This document shows, piece by piece, positions 7,415 through 15,263 of a stretch of 64,000 nucleotides of DNA (position 1 is its first letter; the number at the start of each line of letters is the position of its first letter). The position numbers and the translations under genes are program-made. The DNA lies in the NCBI GenBank assembly GCA_028281045.1, contig JANQKP010000009.1, forward strand, positions 129,673 to 193,672, given 5' to 3'. This DNA comes from Candidatus Altimarinota bacterium (GTDB lineage: Bacteria; Patescibacteriota; Gracilibacteria; UM-FILTER-43-11). The notes beneath the pieces are model-generated. The model worked only from the letters and a program-made list of their open reading frames with translations. It did not search any database and was not told the DNA's origin.

Positions 7415-10045
7415 TTAAAGCTGAGCCTCTAGGGTCTCAATACGATCTTGAAGCTCTTCAATGGTAGCTTGCTGAGCCTTCACAGCTTCCACAAGAAGCG
7501 GTGTAAGCATCCCATAGTCTAGACCAGAAGCGTATTCTGTATTTTCTGGGTCTGTCATCACAATTTCTGGGAGCACTTCTCTTACTTCTTCAGCAATAAG
7601 CCCAATGTCATGCTTTCCGCCGTGATCTTCGTCCCAATCGAAGTAAACCCCTCTAAGTTGAGATACTTTTTCAAGTGCATCATCGATTGGCTCAACGTTT
7701 TCTTTCCAGCGAATAGAAGAACCTGAGGCATAGTTGGTTCCTGCTCCAAAGGCAATGAAGTCCGCAGAGGTTCCAGAGGCAGCAATACCTACTGAACTTG
7801 AGGCATCAGAATCTACCACAAGCCCATTATGGCTAGAAGATCCAATCTGAGCTCTATATTGCTTGCCATAACCGGTGTATGAACCTAGATTGTCGTAACC
7901 TACTGTAAAGCGCCCAGGAATATGCACTTGTCCATTAGTTCTTACGTACATGCGATTCGTTCCTGCTGTAGCTAGATTTAGATTTCCAGTGTAACTACCA
8001 ATACTTCCATTCACTCTAATCTCTTTATTGAAGTAGTACTTCGCTCTGTCGGTTGAGAAATGAGACCATGATGTATTCATCGGTCCTATATCCAAGTGTC
8101 CATATCCTGAATTAATACGAAGGGTTCCATTTGAACCAGATCCACGTAGGTTTCCTCCTAAAACAGTTCCACCAGCATATTCACCACCGTAGTTGATATA
8201 AAGTCTGTCAGTATTGTCCTCATCAAAACCAATAATGGCTAGATTGCGGTTATCGCCACTACCACCACCTCCTTGTATCCAGACGTCGTAATTACTATTT
8301 CTCACCTGTCTATATCCTCCGTTTAACTGAAATTTTTCTGTGGGTGAGCCAGTTCCAATCCCAATATTTCCATTGGCAGCAATGGTAAAGTCATTACTAT
8401 TTGTTCCAGCAGCACGTGTAATCCAGTTTCCACCATTGGTCATATAACTTCTTACATGACTATTTCCTGAGTTATAGGATTTGTTATTTACAATAAATGC
8501 CCAAGGACCAGAGTCATCAGACGTGATTTGTAAGAGTGAACCGGCTGCACCATTATCGTCTACATGAAGACGAGTACCAGGACTGGTGGTTCCTATGCCC
8601 ACGTTTCCACTTGTGTAACTCACGTCAGAACCACTTTGAGTCCACAAGCTAGAACCACCAGAAAGAAGGGTGATTCCTGGGGTGACATCTGTCATACCCG
8701 TTGGATCAAAGTCTGTTACGATAGTTTCTTCTAGTCCTGCTTCATCATTCAGAGTCCACCCACGAACGGTGTAAGCTTTCCATCCAGGAACAGTTTCACA
8801 AATGGCAAAGTGGTGGTCAAAGCCATCTTGATAAACTCTTGGTACCAAGGTGGCATCCTCTGTTCCGTAGTGAATTTCTTTATTAATTGTAATTCCATTT
8901 CTTACCCCAAAGGTGTAAGTTACCTCGGCTAAGTTTTCTGTTCCCCATCCCCCTCCAAAGACTTTGGCCATGGCCTTTTGGTAATAACCAGTAGCATCTG
9001 CTGAGTTAAAAGGAATGGTTCCTGCTAAACGACATTTAAGAGGGTCTGTGTTAAACGTAAGGTATCTTTTACCATATTGACCTCCAATCACTCCGTCTAT
9101 TTCAAGACCGGTGGCACCAATGCTTCCATTTACATATAGCCTAGAGCCTGCAGGAGGGGTCGTTGTACCAATAGATACAATTCCAGAACCATCAATTTGA
9201 AGATAATTCGTATCCCCAGCTTGATTGGTTACAGAGAAAGTATCTCCAAGAATGGTGGTTTCTGTTCCATCGTTCGTAATTCCACCTCCGTTGAGATTAA
9301 TCGTATCTCCAGCAATGGTTACGTTTCCAGTAGAATTATCCACTTCAAATACAGTGGTTCCAGATTCGTTTTGCACAATGGTGTCTCCTTCAATGATGGT
9401 ATTTCCTTCAATGGTTGTATCTCCTGTGGCCCCATCTACATTGAAAACAGTATCACCTGCCTCATTGGTAATCGTGGTATTCCCTTCAATTACTGTGTCT
9501 CCTTCTACAGTTACATCTCCGGTAGAACTATCTACAAAGAAAACCGTGTCTCCAGAGTCGTTTTTAACAACGGTATCTCCTTCAATGGTTACTTCTTCAG
9601 TGGTTTGGTTCACCGTAATGATTTCATCTCCAGATTCGTTTACGACAGAGAAGTTTTGTTGAACCACGAAGTCTATACCGGCTACGGCTTGGTTTACAAT
9701 AGCTTCTACTTCAGCAGCGGTAGTTCCTGGAGTGATGTTGTAGAGATTTTGGTAAAGCGCATCCATTTGAGTAGAAAGTGTATCTACAGATCCTTCCAGA
9801 GAATCTGGATCAAAAGGTTCTGTACATGGAGTGGTTCCATCTGCTTGTACATAATCCCCTGTTGCGTTGAAAGAACACGTATCTACGTTTTCTAGTTCCG
9901 TTACACGATCGTTAAGATCTGTAATGGTTGGAGTTCCAATGGCATCTGGGAATTGGATTTGGGCATAAGCCGGGACAGCAAAGAGCATAGCGAGCGCTAA
10001 GCCTCCAAGCACGCCATAATTGATTTTTTTATTTTTCATAAGCAA
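7415..10045 (-). CDS. secreted tail-fibre-like protein with C-terminal Peptidase_S74-type intramolecular chaperone domain
   Basis: 876 aa. Sec signal peptide (…LAMLFAVPAYA). About 21-aa beta repeats (TIEGDTxxxNxxGDTVFxVDxxTGD). G/S/N/T-rich body. C-terminus SSIRWKENVEPIDDALEKVSQLRGVYFDW…IGLIAEEVREVLPE… followed by a coiled coil. Confidence 0.85.
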   Translation of the reverse strand: MLMKNKKINYGVLGGLALAMLFAVPAYAQIQFPDAIGTPTITDLNDRVTELENVDTCSFNATGDYVQADGTTPCTEPFDPDSLEGSVDTLSTQMDALYQNLYNITPGTTAAEVEAIVNQAVAGIDFVVQQNFSVVNESGDEIITVNQTTEEVTIEGDTVVKNDSGDTVFFVDSSTGDVTVEGDTVIEGNTTITNEAGDTVFNVDGATGDTTIEGNTIIEGDTIVQNESGTTVFEVDNSTGNVTIAGDTINLNGGGITNDGTETTILGDTFSVTNQAGDTNYLQIDGSGIVSIGTTTPPAGSRLYVNGSIGATGLEIDGVIGGQYGKRYLTFNTDPLKCRLAGTIPFNSADATGYYQKAMAKVFGGGWGTENLAEVTYTFGVRNGITINKEIHYGTEDATLVPRVYQDGFDHHFAICETVPGWKAYTVRGWTLNDEAGLEETIVTDFDPTGMTDVTPGITLLSGGSSLWTQSGSDVSYTSGNVGIGTTSPGTRLHVDDNGAAGSLLQITSDDSGPWAFIVNNKSYNSGNSHVRSYMTNGGNWITRAAGTNSNDFTIAANGNIGIGTGSPTEKFQLNGGYRQVRNSNYDVWIQGGGGSGDNRNLAIIGFDEDNTDRLYINYGGEYAGGTVLGGNLRGSGSNGTLRINSGYGHLDIGPMNTSWSHFSTDRAKYYFNKEIRVNGSIGSYTGNLNLATAGTNRMYVRTNGQVHIPGRFTVGYDNLGSYTGYGKQYRAQIGSSSHNGLVVDSDASSSVGIAASGTSADFIAFGAGTNYASGSSIRWKENVEPIDDALEKVSQLRGVYFDWDEDHGGKHDIGLIAEEVREVLPEIVMTDPENTEYASGLDYGMLTPLLVEAVKAQQATIEELQDRIETLEAQL
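7418..7723 (-). other. Peptidase_S74 / intramolecular chaperone auto-processing domain (domain-level call)
   Basis: The last 102 aa match, by eye, the pattern of phage endosialidase and T5 L-shaped tail-fibre C-terminal chaperone domains: S-x-R-x-K-E-N-[IV], LRGVxFxW, IGLIAQEV-like, and a terminal coiled coil. Confidence 0.7.
9485..9966 (-). repeat. 482-bp near-identical repeat, copy A (N-terminal coding block of the fibre gene)
   Basis: Aligns without gaps to 12392-12873 (offset 2907). It differs by only about a dozen transitions, all synonymous in the regions I compared. Confidence 0.85.
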
Positions 10046-10054
10046 TTATATTTG

Positions 10055-10342
10055 TTATTCAGCATTTTCAGCCTGCTCTTGAGCAGCTTGAATACACTCT
10101 ACAGCAATAAGATTCACTGAAGCATCTTGGTAATTTACTGGGAATGGCTTACATTTAGCCGATTCCTCAAGTACTTTAATCACAGAGTCTTGCACCCCTT
10201 TGGTGTAAGCAGTACTCATAGCTTCATCTTGAATATTTGCGTAAATCATCCCACCAAGATAAACAACCACTTGGAATCCAATCCATACGATTGAGATCAC
10301 AAGCCAGATTTTTAAAATGAGATTTTTTGCGTTTTTAGACAT
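10055..10342 (-). CDS. small membrane protein, unknown function
   Basis: 95 aa with an N-terminal TM helix (ILKIWLVISIVWIGFQVVVYLGG) and two Cys in the soluble part. Confidence 0.6.
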   Translation of the reverse strand: MSKNAKNLILKIWLVISIVWIGFQVVVYLGGMIYANIQDEAMSTAYTKGVQDSVIKVLEESAKCKPFPVNYQDASVNLIAVECIQAAQEQAENAE

Positions 10343-10402
10343 TTTTATTTATTTAGGTTCCTCTAAATCTTAGCATTGTAGTAAAAAGAAACAATGTTTT
10401 TT

Positions 10403-10909
10403 CTATTGAGGCGGGTTAAGAGATTCTGGACTATTGTTAGCCTCTTGAAGCACAGCATCTTCTTCTGCCGCATTAAACTCTGCTCCAGCAGCTCTTGTTT
10501 CACAAAATTGCTTAAGGACTTGGTCTGAAATCTGAGCACAATCTGCTGGGTTTTGATTGGCAAGAGCCATATTAAGAAGCTTTTGATTGTTATCTAGATC
10601 TCCAAAATCGTCTTCATCTTTATATTCTTCTTCCACAATCACAATATCGTCTGCAATAGGGGTGTCATCTCCTAGGGGCCCGTCCGCATCTTCAACAGCG
10701 GTTGATTCAAGAGTTGGGCTTGCTGGATCACCAGGATTGACTGCAGGTATCTGTGCAGAAGGCGCTGCATCTCTTTGTTCCTGTACCACCTGCTTTACAG
10801 GAGTTTGCTCATCGATATTAATGATCGAAAGAATGGCATACAGTGAGTAAGCAACCGCAATGGTCAGCACAACGAGCCAAAGACGTAGATAAAGATTGTT
10901 ATTCAGCAT
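10403..10909 (-). CDS. small membrane-anchored acidic protein (partner of fibre gene 10916-12952)
   Basis: 168 aa. Its N-terminal TM helix (YLRLWLVVLTIAVAYSLYAIL) resembles that of 7044-7400. It also has an acidic linker and a Cys-containing C-terminal region. Confidence 0.7.
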   Translation of the reverse strand: MLNNNLYLRLWLVVLTIAVAYSLYAILSIINIDEQTPVKQVVQEQRDAAPSAQIPAVNPGDPASPTLESTAVEDADGPLGDDTPIADDIVIVEEEYKDEDDFGDLDNNQKLLNMALANQNPADCAQISDQVLKQFCETRAAGAEFNAAEEDAVLQEANNSPESLNPPQ

Positions 10910-10915
10910 TATTTA

Positions 10916-12952
10916 TTAGTTGTTATCTATACAATAAGTAGTGTTCCAAAGATACAGATTGCTTGAAGAAGAGTTGTACGCGCGACACGTCCAAGTTCTT
11001 TGATTGGTGCTTCTTTGACTTCCTTTTTGGTAACAGCTATACGTTCCCCCAATACTAGTTGTCGTACAGAAACATTCGGCGCTAATCGCGATATCTCCAG
11101 AAGAACATGAGTTACTACGATAGTTATTCGAGTAACCACCAATAGTGGTGTAATTCACCACAGCGTAGAAGTCTAGCTCATCAGTACCTACAGAATTGTT
11201 AGAAAGCTCACTCGCCCCCACAGCGTTAGAACCAATATCTCCTGCATCCACACAGTTGCTACACTCGTAGTTTCCAGCAGTAATCGTATCTGGGGTGTAG
11301 ATATTATTAGAGTTGTAATCGAAACGAAGGTAAGAAGCTCCTGGAACTGCATTAGAAACGGCTCCTGAACCTACCCAGGCATAACCATCTCCACGATACG
11401 TGAGATGAGCGGAAGCAGCTCCTAGGGCTCCAGATTCTCCAACCGAAACGTAAGCCCCTTGAGAAGTCCAGTTGTCTCCACTACTCGTCGAATCTAGGGC
11501 TAAGCGAGGCAATGTACTTTGCCCACTATTGTAGAAGTTTCCATTAGCAGCTCTAACCCCTGTACTTCCGTATAGTTCACCAGCAGCAAGATTAGAATAA
11601 CCACCACCATCTGTACGACTTAGATAAACCCATCCATTTCCTGCAGGATCATAAGTAGGCCAATGTCCAAGGCGCCAACCTTGTCCACCAGTGTAGTTAC
11701 TGTCTCCAATATGACCATCTACATCTAATTTAATTTCAGGTAAGAAAGAACCAAGGGCTACATTTCCGTCCCTGTTGATTCTCATTTTGTTGTAATCCAC
11801 TTCTGAACCATCATCAATTCCAAACACTAGAGCATCGGCTGTCCCTAGGCTAACGTAGGCTTTACCTACTCCATCACGAGAAAGGTAGTAGCTCGCATTT
11901 CCAGGCCCCGTAACGTCTAAGTTAAGAGTGTGCGCATCTGAATAAGCTTCACCTGGACCCGGATCAGCTCCTCGAATATGCACAATAGAACCTGGTGTAG
12001 CGGTTCCAATCCCCACTTTACCAGCGTTGTAATTTACATCACTTCCAGAAAGGGTCCATGGACTACTTGGGTTCACTTGCCACACGGCGTTTCCAGAAGC
12101 ATCTGTGGTTAAAACGTAACCATCAGTAGCGCCCGTTGGCATTACAAATCCAGTAGCGGTAATCGTCCCAGCGACATCTAGTTCAGAGCTTGGTGTAGCC
12201 GTTCCAATTCCAACTCTGTCTGTAGAGGCATCTGTATAGAATAGATTTACATTGTTATCTCCTTCAATACGGAAATCACTGTCTCCACCCGTTTCATTGA
12301 AAATAGCTCCACCATTCGTGATCACGTCACCAGTAGAGTTATCAATTTCAAATACAGTGGTTCCAGATTCATTCTGAACGATAGTATCTCCTTCAATTAC
12401 TGTGTCTCCTTCTACGGTTACATCTCCAGTAGAACTATCTACAAAGAAAACCGTATCTCCAGAGTCGTTTTTAACAACGGTATCTCCTTCAATGGTTACT
12501 TCTTCAGTGGTTTGGTTTACCGTAATGATTTCATCTCCAGATTCGTTTACGACAGAGAAGTTTTGTTGAACCACGAAGTCTATACCAGCTACGGCTTGGT
12601 TTACAATGGCTTCTACTTCAGCAGCGGTGGTTCCTGGAGTGATGTTGTAGAGATTTTGGTAAAGCGCATCCATTTGAGTAGAAAGTGTATCTACAGATCC
12701 TTCCAGGGAATCTGGATCGAAGGGTTCTGTACATGGAGTGGTTCCATCTGCTTGTACATAATCCCCTGTTGCGTTGAAAGAACACGTGTCTACGTTTTCT
12801 AGCTCCGTTACACGATCGTTAAGATCTGTGATGGTTGGAGTTCCAATGGCATCCGGGAATTGGATTTGGGCATGCGTCACGGAGTGCGCACCCAAAAACA
12901 CAATGGCTAGGCCCAAAGCTATCTTTAACGGTGTAATTTTATATCTTTTCAT
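10916..12952 (-). CDS. secreted tail-fibre-like protein, paralog of 7415-10045 with a different C-terminal part
   Basis: 678 aa with a signal peptide. Residues about 28-200 are identical to the 876-aa paralog. The C-terminal part is different ([26 protein letters not shown]...) and ends in a Cys-rich region rather than an S74 domain. Confidence 0.85.
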   Translation of the reverse strand: MKRYKITPLKIALGLAIVFLGAHSVTHAQIQFPDAIGTPTITDLNDRVTELENVDTCSFNATGDYVQADGTTPCTEPFDPDSLEGSVDTLSTQMDALYQNLYNITPGTTAAEVEAIVNQAVAGIDFVVQQNFSVVNESGDEIITVNQTTEEVTIEGDTVVKNDSGDTVFFVDSSTGDVTVEGDTVIEGDTIVQNESGTTVFEIDNSTGDVITNGGAIFNETGGDSDFRIEGDNNVNLFYTDASTDRVGIGTATPSSELDVAGTITATGFVMPTGATDGYVLTTDASGNAVWQVNPSSPWTLSGSDVNYNAGKVGIGTATPGSIVHIRGADPGPGEAYSDAHTLNLDVTGPGNASYYLSRDGVGKAYVSLGTADALVFGIDDGSEVDYNKMRINRDGNVALGSFLPEIKLDVDGHIGDSNYTGGQGWRLGHWPTYDPAGNGWVYLSRTDGGGYSNLAAGELYGSTGVRAANGNFYNSGQSTLPRLALDSTSSGDNWTSQGAYVSVGESGALGAASAHLTYRGDGYAWVGSGAVSNAVPGASYLRFDYNSNNIYTPDTITAGNYECSNCVDAGDIGSNAVGASELSNNSVGTDELDFYAVVNYTTIGGYSNNYRSNSCSSGDIAISAECFCTTTSIGGTYSCYQKGSQRSTNQRTWTCRAYNSSSSNLYLWNTTYCIDNN
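12392..12873 (-). repeat. 482-bp near-identical repeat, copy B
   Basis: See copy A (9485-9966). Confidence 0.85.
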
Positions 12953-13029
12953 ATTTTTTGTTTGTTCTATATTAAGGTATCACAAAAAAGGGCGATCACA
13001 AAATTTTATTTCGTCAAATTTTAGGATAC

Positions 13030-13055
13030 AAAAAAGCCCCTAAAATAGGGGCTTT
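13030..13055 (-). terminator. intrinsic terminator of fusA
   Basis: The minus strand reads AGCCCCT-ATTTT-AGGGGCT followed by TTTTTT, 18 nt after the fusA stop. Confidence 0.8.
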
Positions 13056-13072
13056 TGATATGTTTTTTATGG

Positions 13073-15160
13073 TTACGCCATTCCGCGTTCTTCTTTAATC
13101 TTCTCAGCTACATTGTTTGGAACTTTAGAGTAATCTGCAAATTCCATAGTGTAAGAAGCGCGACCTTGGGTCATAGAGCGAAGGTCTGTTGCGTATCCGA
13201 ACATTTCAGATAGAGGCACTTTAGCAAGAATCGTTTTAGCTTGTCCACGATCTCCCATTTCAGAGATTTGTCCACGTTTAGAGTTAAGGTCTCCCATAAC
13301 ATCTCCCATGAAATCTTCTGGAGTTACTACTTCTACTTGCATCATAGGCTCTAGAAGTACTGGCTTAGCTTTAGCTGCTGCTTCACGGAAACAAGTAGAG
13401 GCTGCCATCTTGAAGGCAAGTTCAGATGAATCCACATCATGGTAAGAACCATCGTATACTTCAGCGATTACATCTACCACTGGGTAACCAGCAATGATCC
13501 CACGAGTAACGGCTTCATTGATCCCTTTTTGTACTGCAGGGATGTATTCTTTAGGAATGCGTCCTCCAACTACAGAATCTTTGAATTCGATACCTTTACC
13601 AGGTTCATTTGGTTTAAATCTCATAAGTACGTGTCCGTATTGACCACGACCACCAGTTTGCTTTTGGTACTTGTGTTCTTCTTCAACTTCTTGTTGAATC
13701 GTTTCACGGTAAGCTACTTGTGGTTTACCAATGTTTGCTTCCACTTTGAACTCACGTTTCATACGATCTACAAGTACTTCTAGATGAAGTTCACCCATTC
13801 CAGAGATGATCGTTTGATTGGTTTCTTCGTCAGAGCGAACGGTGAATGTAGGATCTTCTTCAGCTAGCTTTTGAAGTGCAAGACCCATTTTTTCTTGGTC
13901 TCCTTTAGAGGCTGGTTCAACAGCAATAGAGATTACTGGATCTGGGAATTCAATCGATTCAAGAATCACACGTTCTTTTCCTTCTTCTACGAAGGTATCT
14001 CCAGTACGTACGTCTTTAAGGCCAATAACCGCCCCAATGTGTCCCGCAGGGATTTCTTGGATTTCTTCACGGTCATTCGCGTGCATTTGCACAAGGCGTC
14101 CAATACGATCTTTCTTATCTTGTGAAGCGTTGTAAACGTAAGAACCAGATTTAAGTACTCCAGAGTACACACGTACGAACGTAAGACGCCCTACGAATGG
14201 ATCTGTAGCAATCTTAAACGCAAGCGCTGCAAGAGGTTCATTGTTGTCTGCTTTACGTGCAATTTCAGTTTCTTCATCACCAGCAAGATGTCCTTTAACT
14301 GGAGGAATATCTAGTGGAGATGGAAGGTAATCATTTACCGCATCTAGAAGAAGCTGTACCCCTTTATTCTTAAGGGCAGTACCGGTAAGTACAGGTACGA
14401 ATTCATTAGCAATTACCGCGCGGCGGATTGCTGCTTTAAGCTCTTCAACAGTGAAGTCTTCACCTCCTAGGTATTTTTCCATGAACTGTTCGTCTCCTTC
14501 GGCTACTTTTTCAAGCATTTTACCTCTCCATTCTTCAGCAGTAGCTTTCATGTCTTCAGGAATGTCAGTCACTTCCATTTCTTTACCAAGATCATCTTTG
14601 TAGATGGTTGCTTTCATTTCAACAAGATCAATAAGCCCTTGGAAATCAGCCTCGTTTCCAATTGGGTATTGAATAGGAGCTGTTTTAGTCGTAAGACGAT
14701 CTACAATAGATTGGAAAGAGCGTTCAAATGAAGCTCCAGTACGATCTAGTTTATTAATGAAACACATACGTGGCACTTCGTACTTATCGGCTTGTCTCCA
14801 TACGGTTTCAGATTGTGGTTCTACACCAGCTACACCATCGAATACAGTTACCCCTCCATCAAGTACACGCATAGAGCGTTCTACTTCAGCCGTGAAATCC
14901 ACGTGACCTGGAGTATCAATAATATTGTATTGGTGACCTTTCCAGAAACAAGTCGTTGCTGCAGAGGTGATCGTAATACCACGTTCTTGTTCTTGTTCCA
15001 TCCAGTCCATAGTGGCTTCACCTTCATGCACTTCACCAATTTTGTAAGTTACACCGGTATAATAAAGAATACGTTCCGTACAAGTCGTTTTACCCGCATC
15101 AATATGGGCAATAATTCCGAAATTACGAATCTTATTTAAATCATCAATTCTTTCTGACAT
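13073..15160 (-). CDS. fusA: elongation factor G
   Basis: 695 aa with [14 protein letters not shown] and NKLD motifs and full EF-G domain order. Confidence 0.98.
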   Translation of the reverse strand: MSERIDDLNKIRNFGIIAHIDAGKTTCTERILYYTGVTYKIGEVHEGEATMDWMEQEQERGITITSAATTCFWKGHQYNIIDTPGHVDFTAEVERSMRVLDGGVTVFDGVAGVEPQSETVWRQADKYEVPRMCFINKLDRTGASFERSFQSIVDRLTTKTAPIQYPIGNEADFQGLIDLVEMKATIYKDDLGKEMEVTDIPEDMKATAEEWRGKMLEKVAEGDEQFMEKYLGGEDFTVEELKAAIRRAVIANEFVPVLTGTALKNKGVQLLLDAVNDYLPSPLDIPPVKGHLAGDEETEIARKADNNEPLAALAFKIATDPFVGRLTFVRVYSGVLKSGSYVYNASQDKKDRIGRLVQMHANDREEIQEIPAGHIGAVIGLKDVRTGDTFVEEGKERVILESIEFPDPVISIAVEPASKGDQEKMGLALQKLAEEDPTFTVRSDEETNQTIISGMGELHLEVLVDRMKREFKVEANIGKPQVAYRETIQQEVEEEHKYQKQTGGRGQYGHVLMRFKPNEPGKGIEFKDSVVGGRIPKEYIPAVQKGINEAVTRGIIAGYPVVDVIAEVYDGSYHDVDSSELAFKMAASTCFREAAAKAKPVLLEPMMQVEVVTPEDFMGDVMGDLNSKRGQISEMGDRGQAKTILAKVPLSEMFGYATDLRSMTQGRASYTMEFADYSKVPNNVAEKIKEERGMA

Positions 15161-15189
15161 TTTAAGTTAAATTAAATTATAGCGGAAGC

Positions 15190-15217
15190 ATTATAATGTG
15201 CACACTACAAAAAGCAA
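15190..15217 (-). promoter_or_regulatory. possible fusA promoter
   Basis: The minus strand reads TTGCTT (15217-15212), a 16-nt spacer, then TATAAT (15195-15190). It overlaps the upstream terminator stem. Confidence 0.35.
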
Positions 15218-15245
15218 GAAAAAACCATGAGAGTCTTTTCTTGCT
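15207..15245 (-). terminator. intrinsic terminator after gene 15264-18188
   Basis: 10-bp stem AGCAAGAAAA/TTTTCTTGCT (15213-15222 / 15236-15245). On the minus strand it is followed by TTTTTG. Confidence 0.7.
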
Positions 15246-15263
15246 TTTATTTGTTTAAATCAA

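Noticed and set aside
9197-9895. Long plus-strand ORFs (232 aa and 145 aa) inside the fibre gene. Similar antisense or alternative-frame ORFs occur at 12512-12802, 15840-16470, 19682-20585, 24906-25367, 26662-27645, 29423-29746, 30458-31794 and 32826-34683.
   Set aside because: All overlap long secreted-protein genes whose T/S/G/D/N-rich, stop-poor codon usage keeps other frames open. Their products are low-complexity (S/P/V/I-rich) and have no independent start or promoter signals.
9485-12873. A diversity-generating retroelement (template/variable repeat pair).
   Set aside because: No reverse transcriptase is nearby. The differences between the copies are scattered synonymous transitions, not adenine-specific substitutions, and the encoded peptides are identical.
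7415-12952. Island 1 as a prophage remnant, because of the tail-fibre/S74 features.
   Set aside because: There are no capsid, portal, terminase, baseplate, integrase or lysis genes. Both fibres have Sec signal peptides, which phage virion proteins normally lack.
7044-12952. A polymorphic-toxin/immunity reading: conserved N-terminus, variable C-terminus, and a small downstream gene.
   Set aside because: One variable end is an S74 chaperone domain, not a toxin. The small downstream proteins are paralogs of each other with signal-anchor helices and acidic ectodomains, unlike cognate-specific cytoplasmic immunity proteins.
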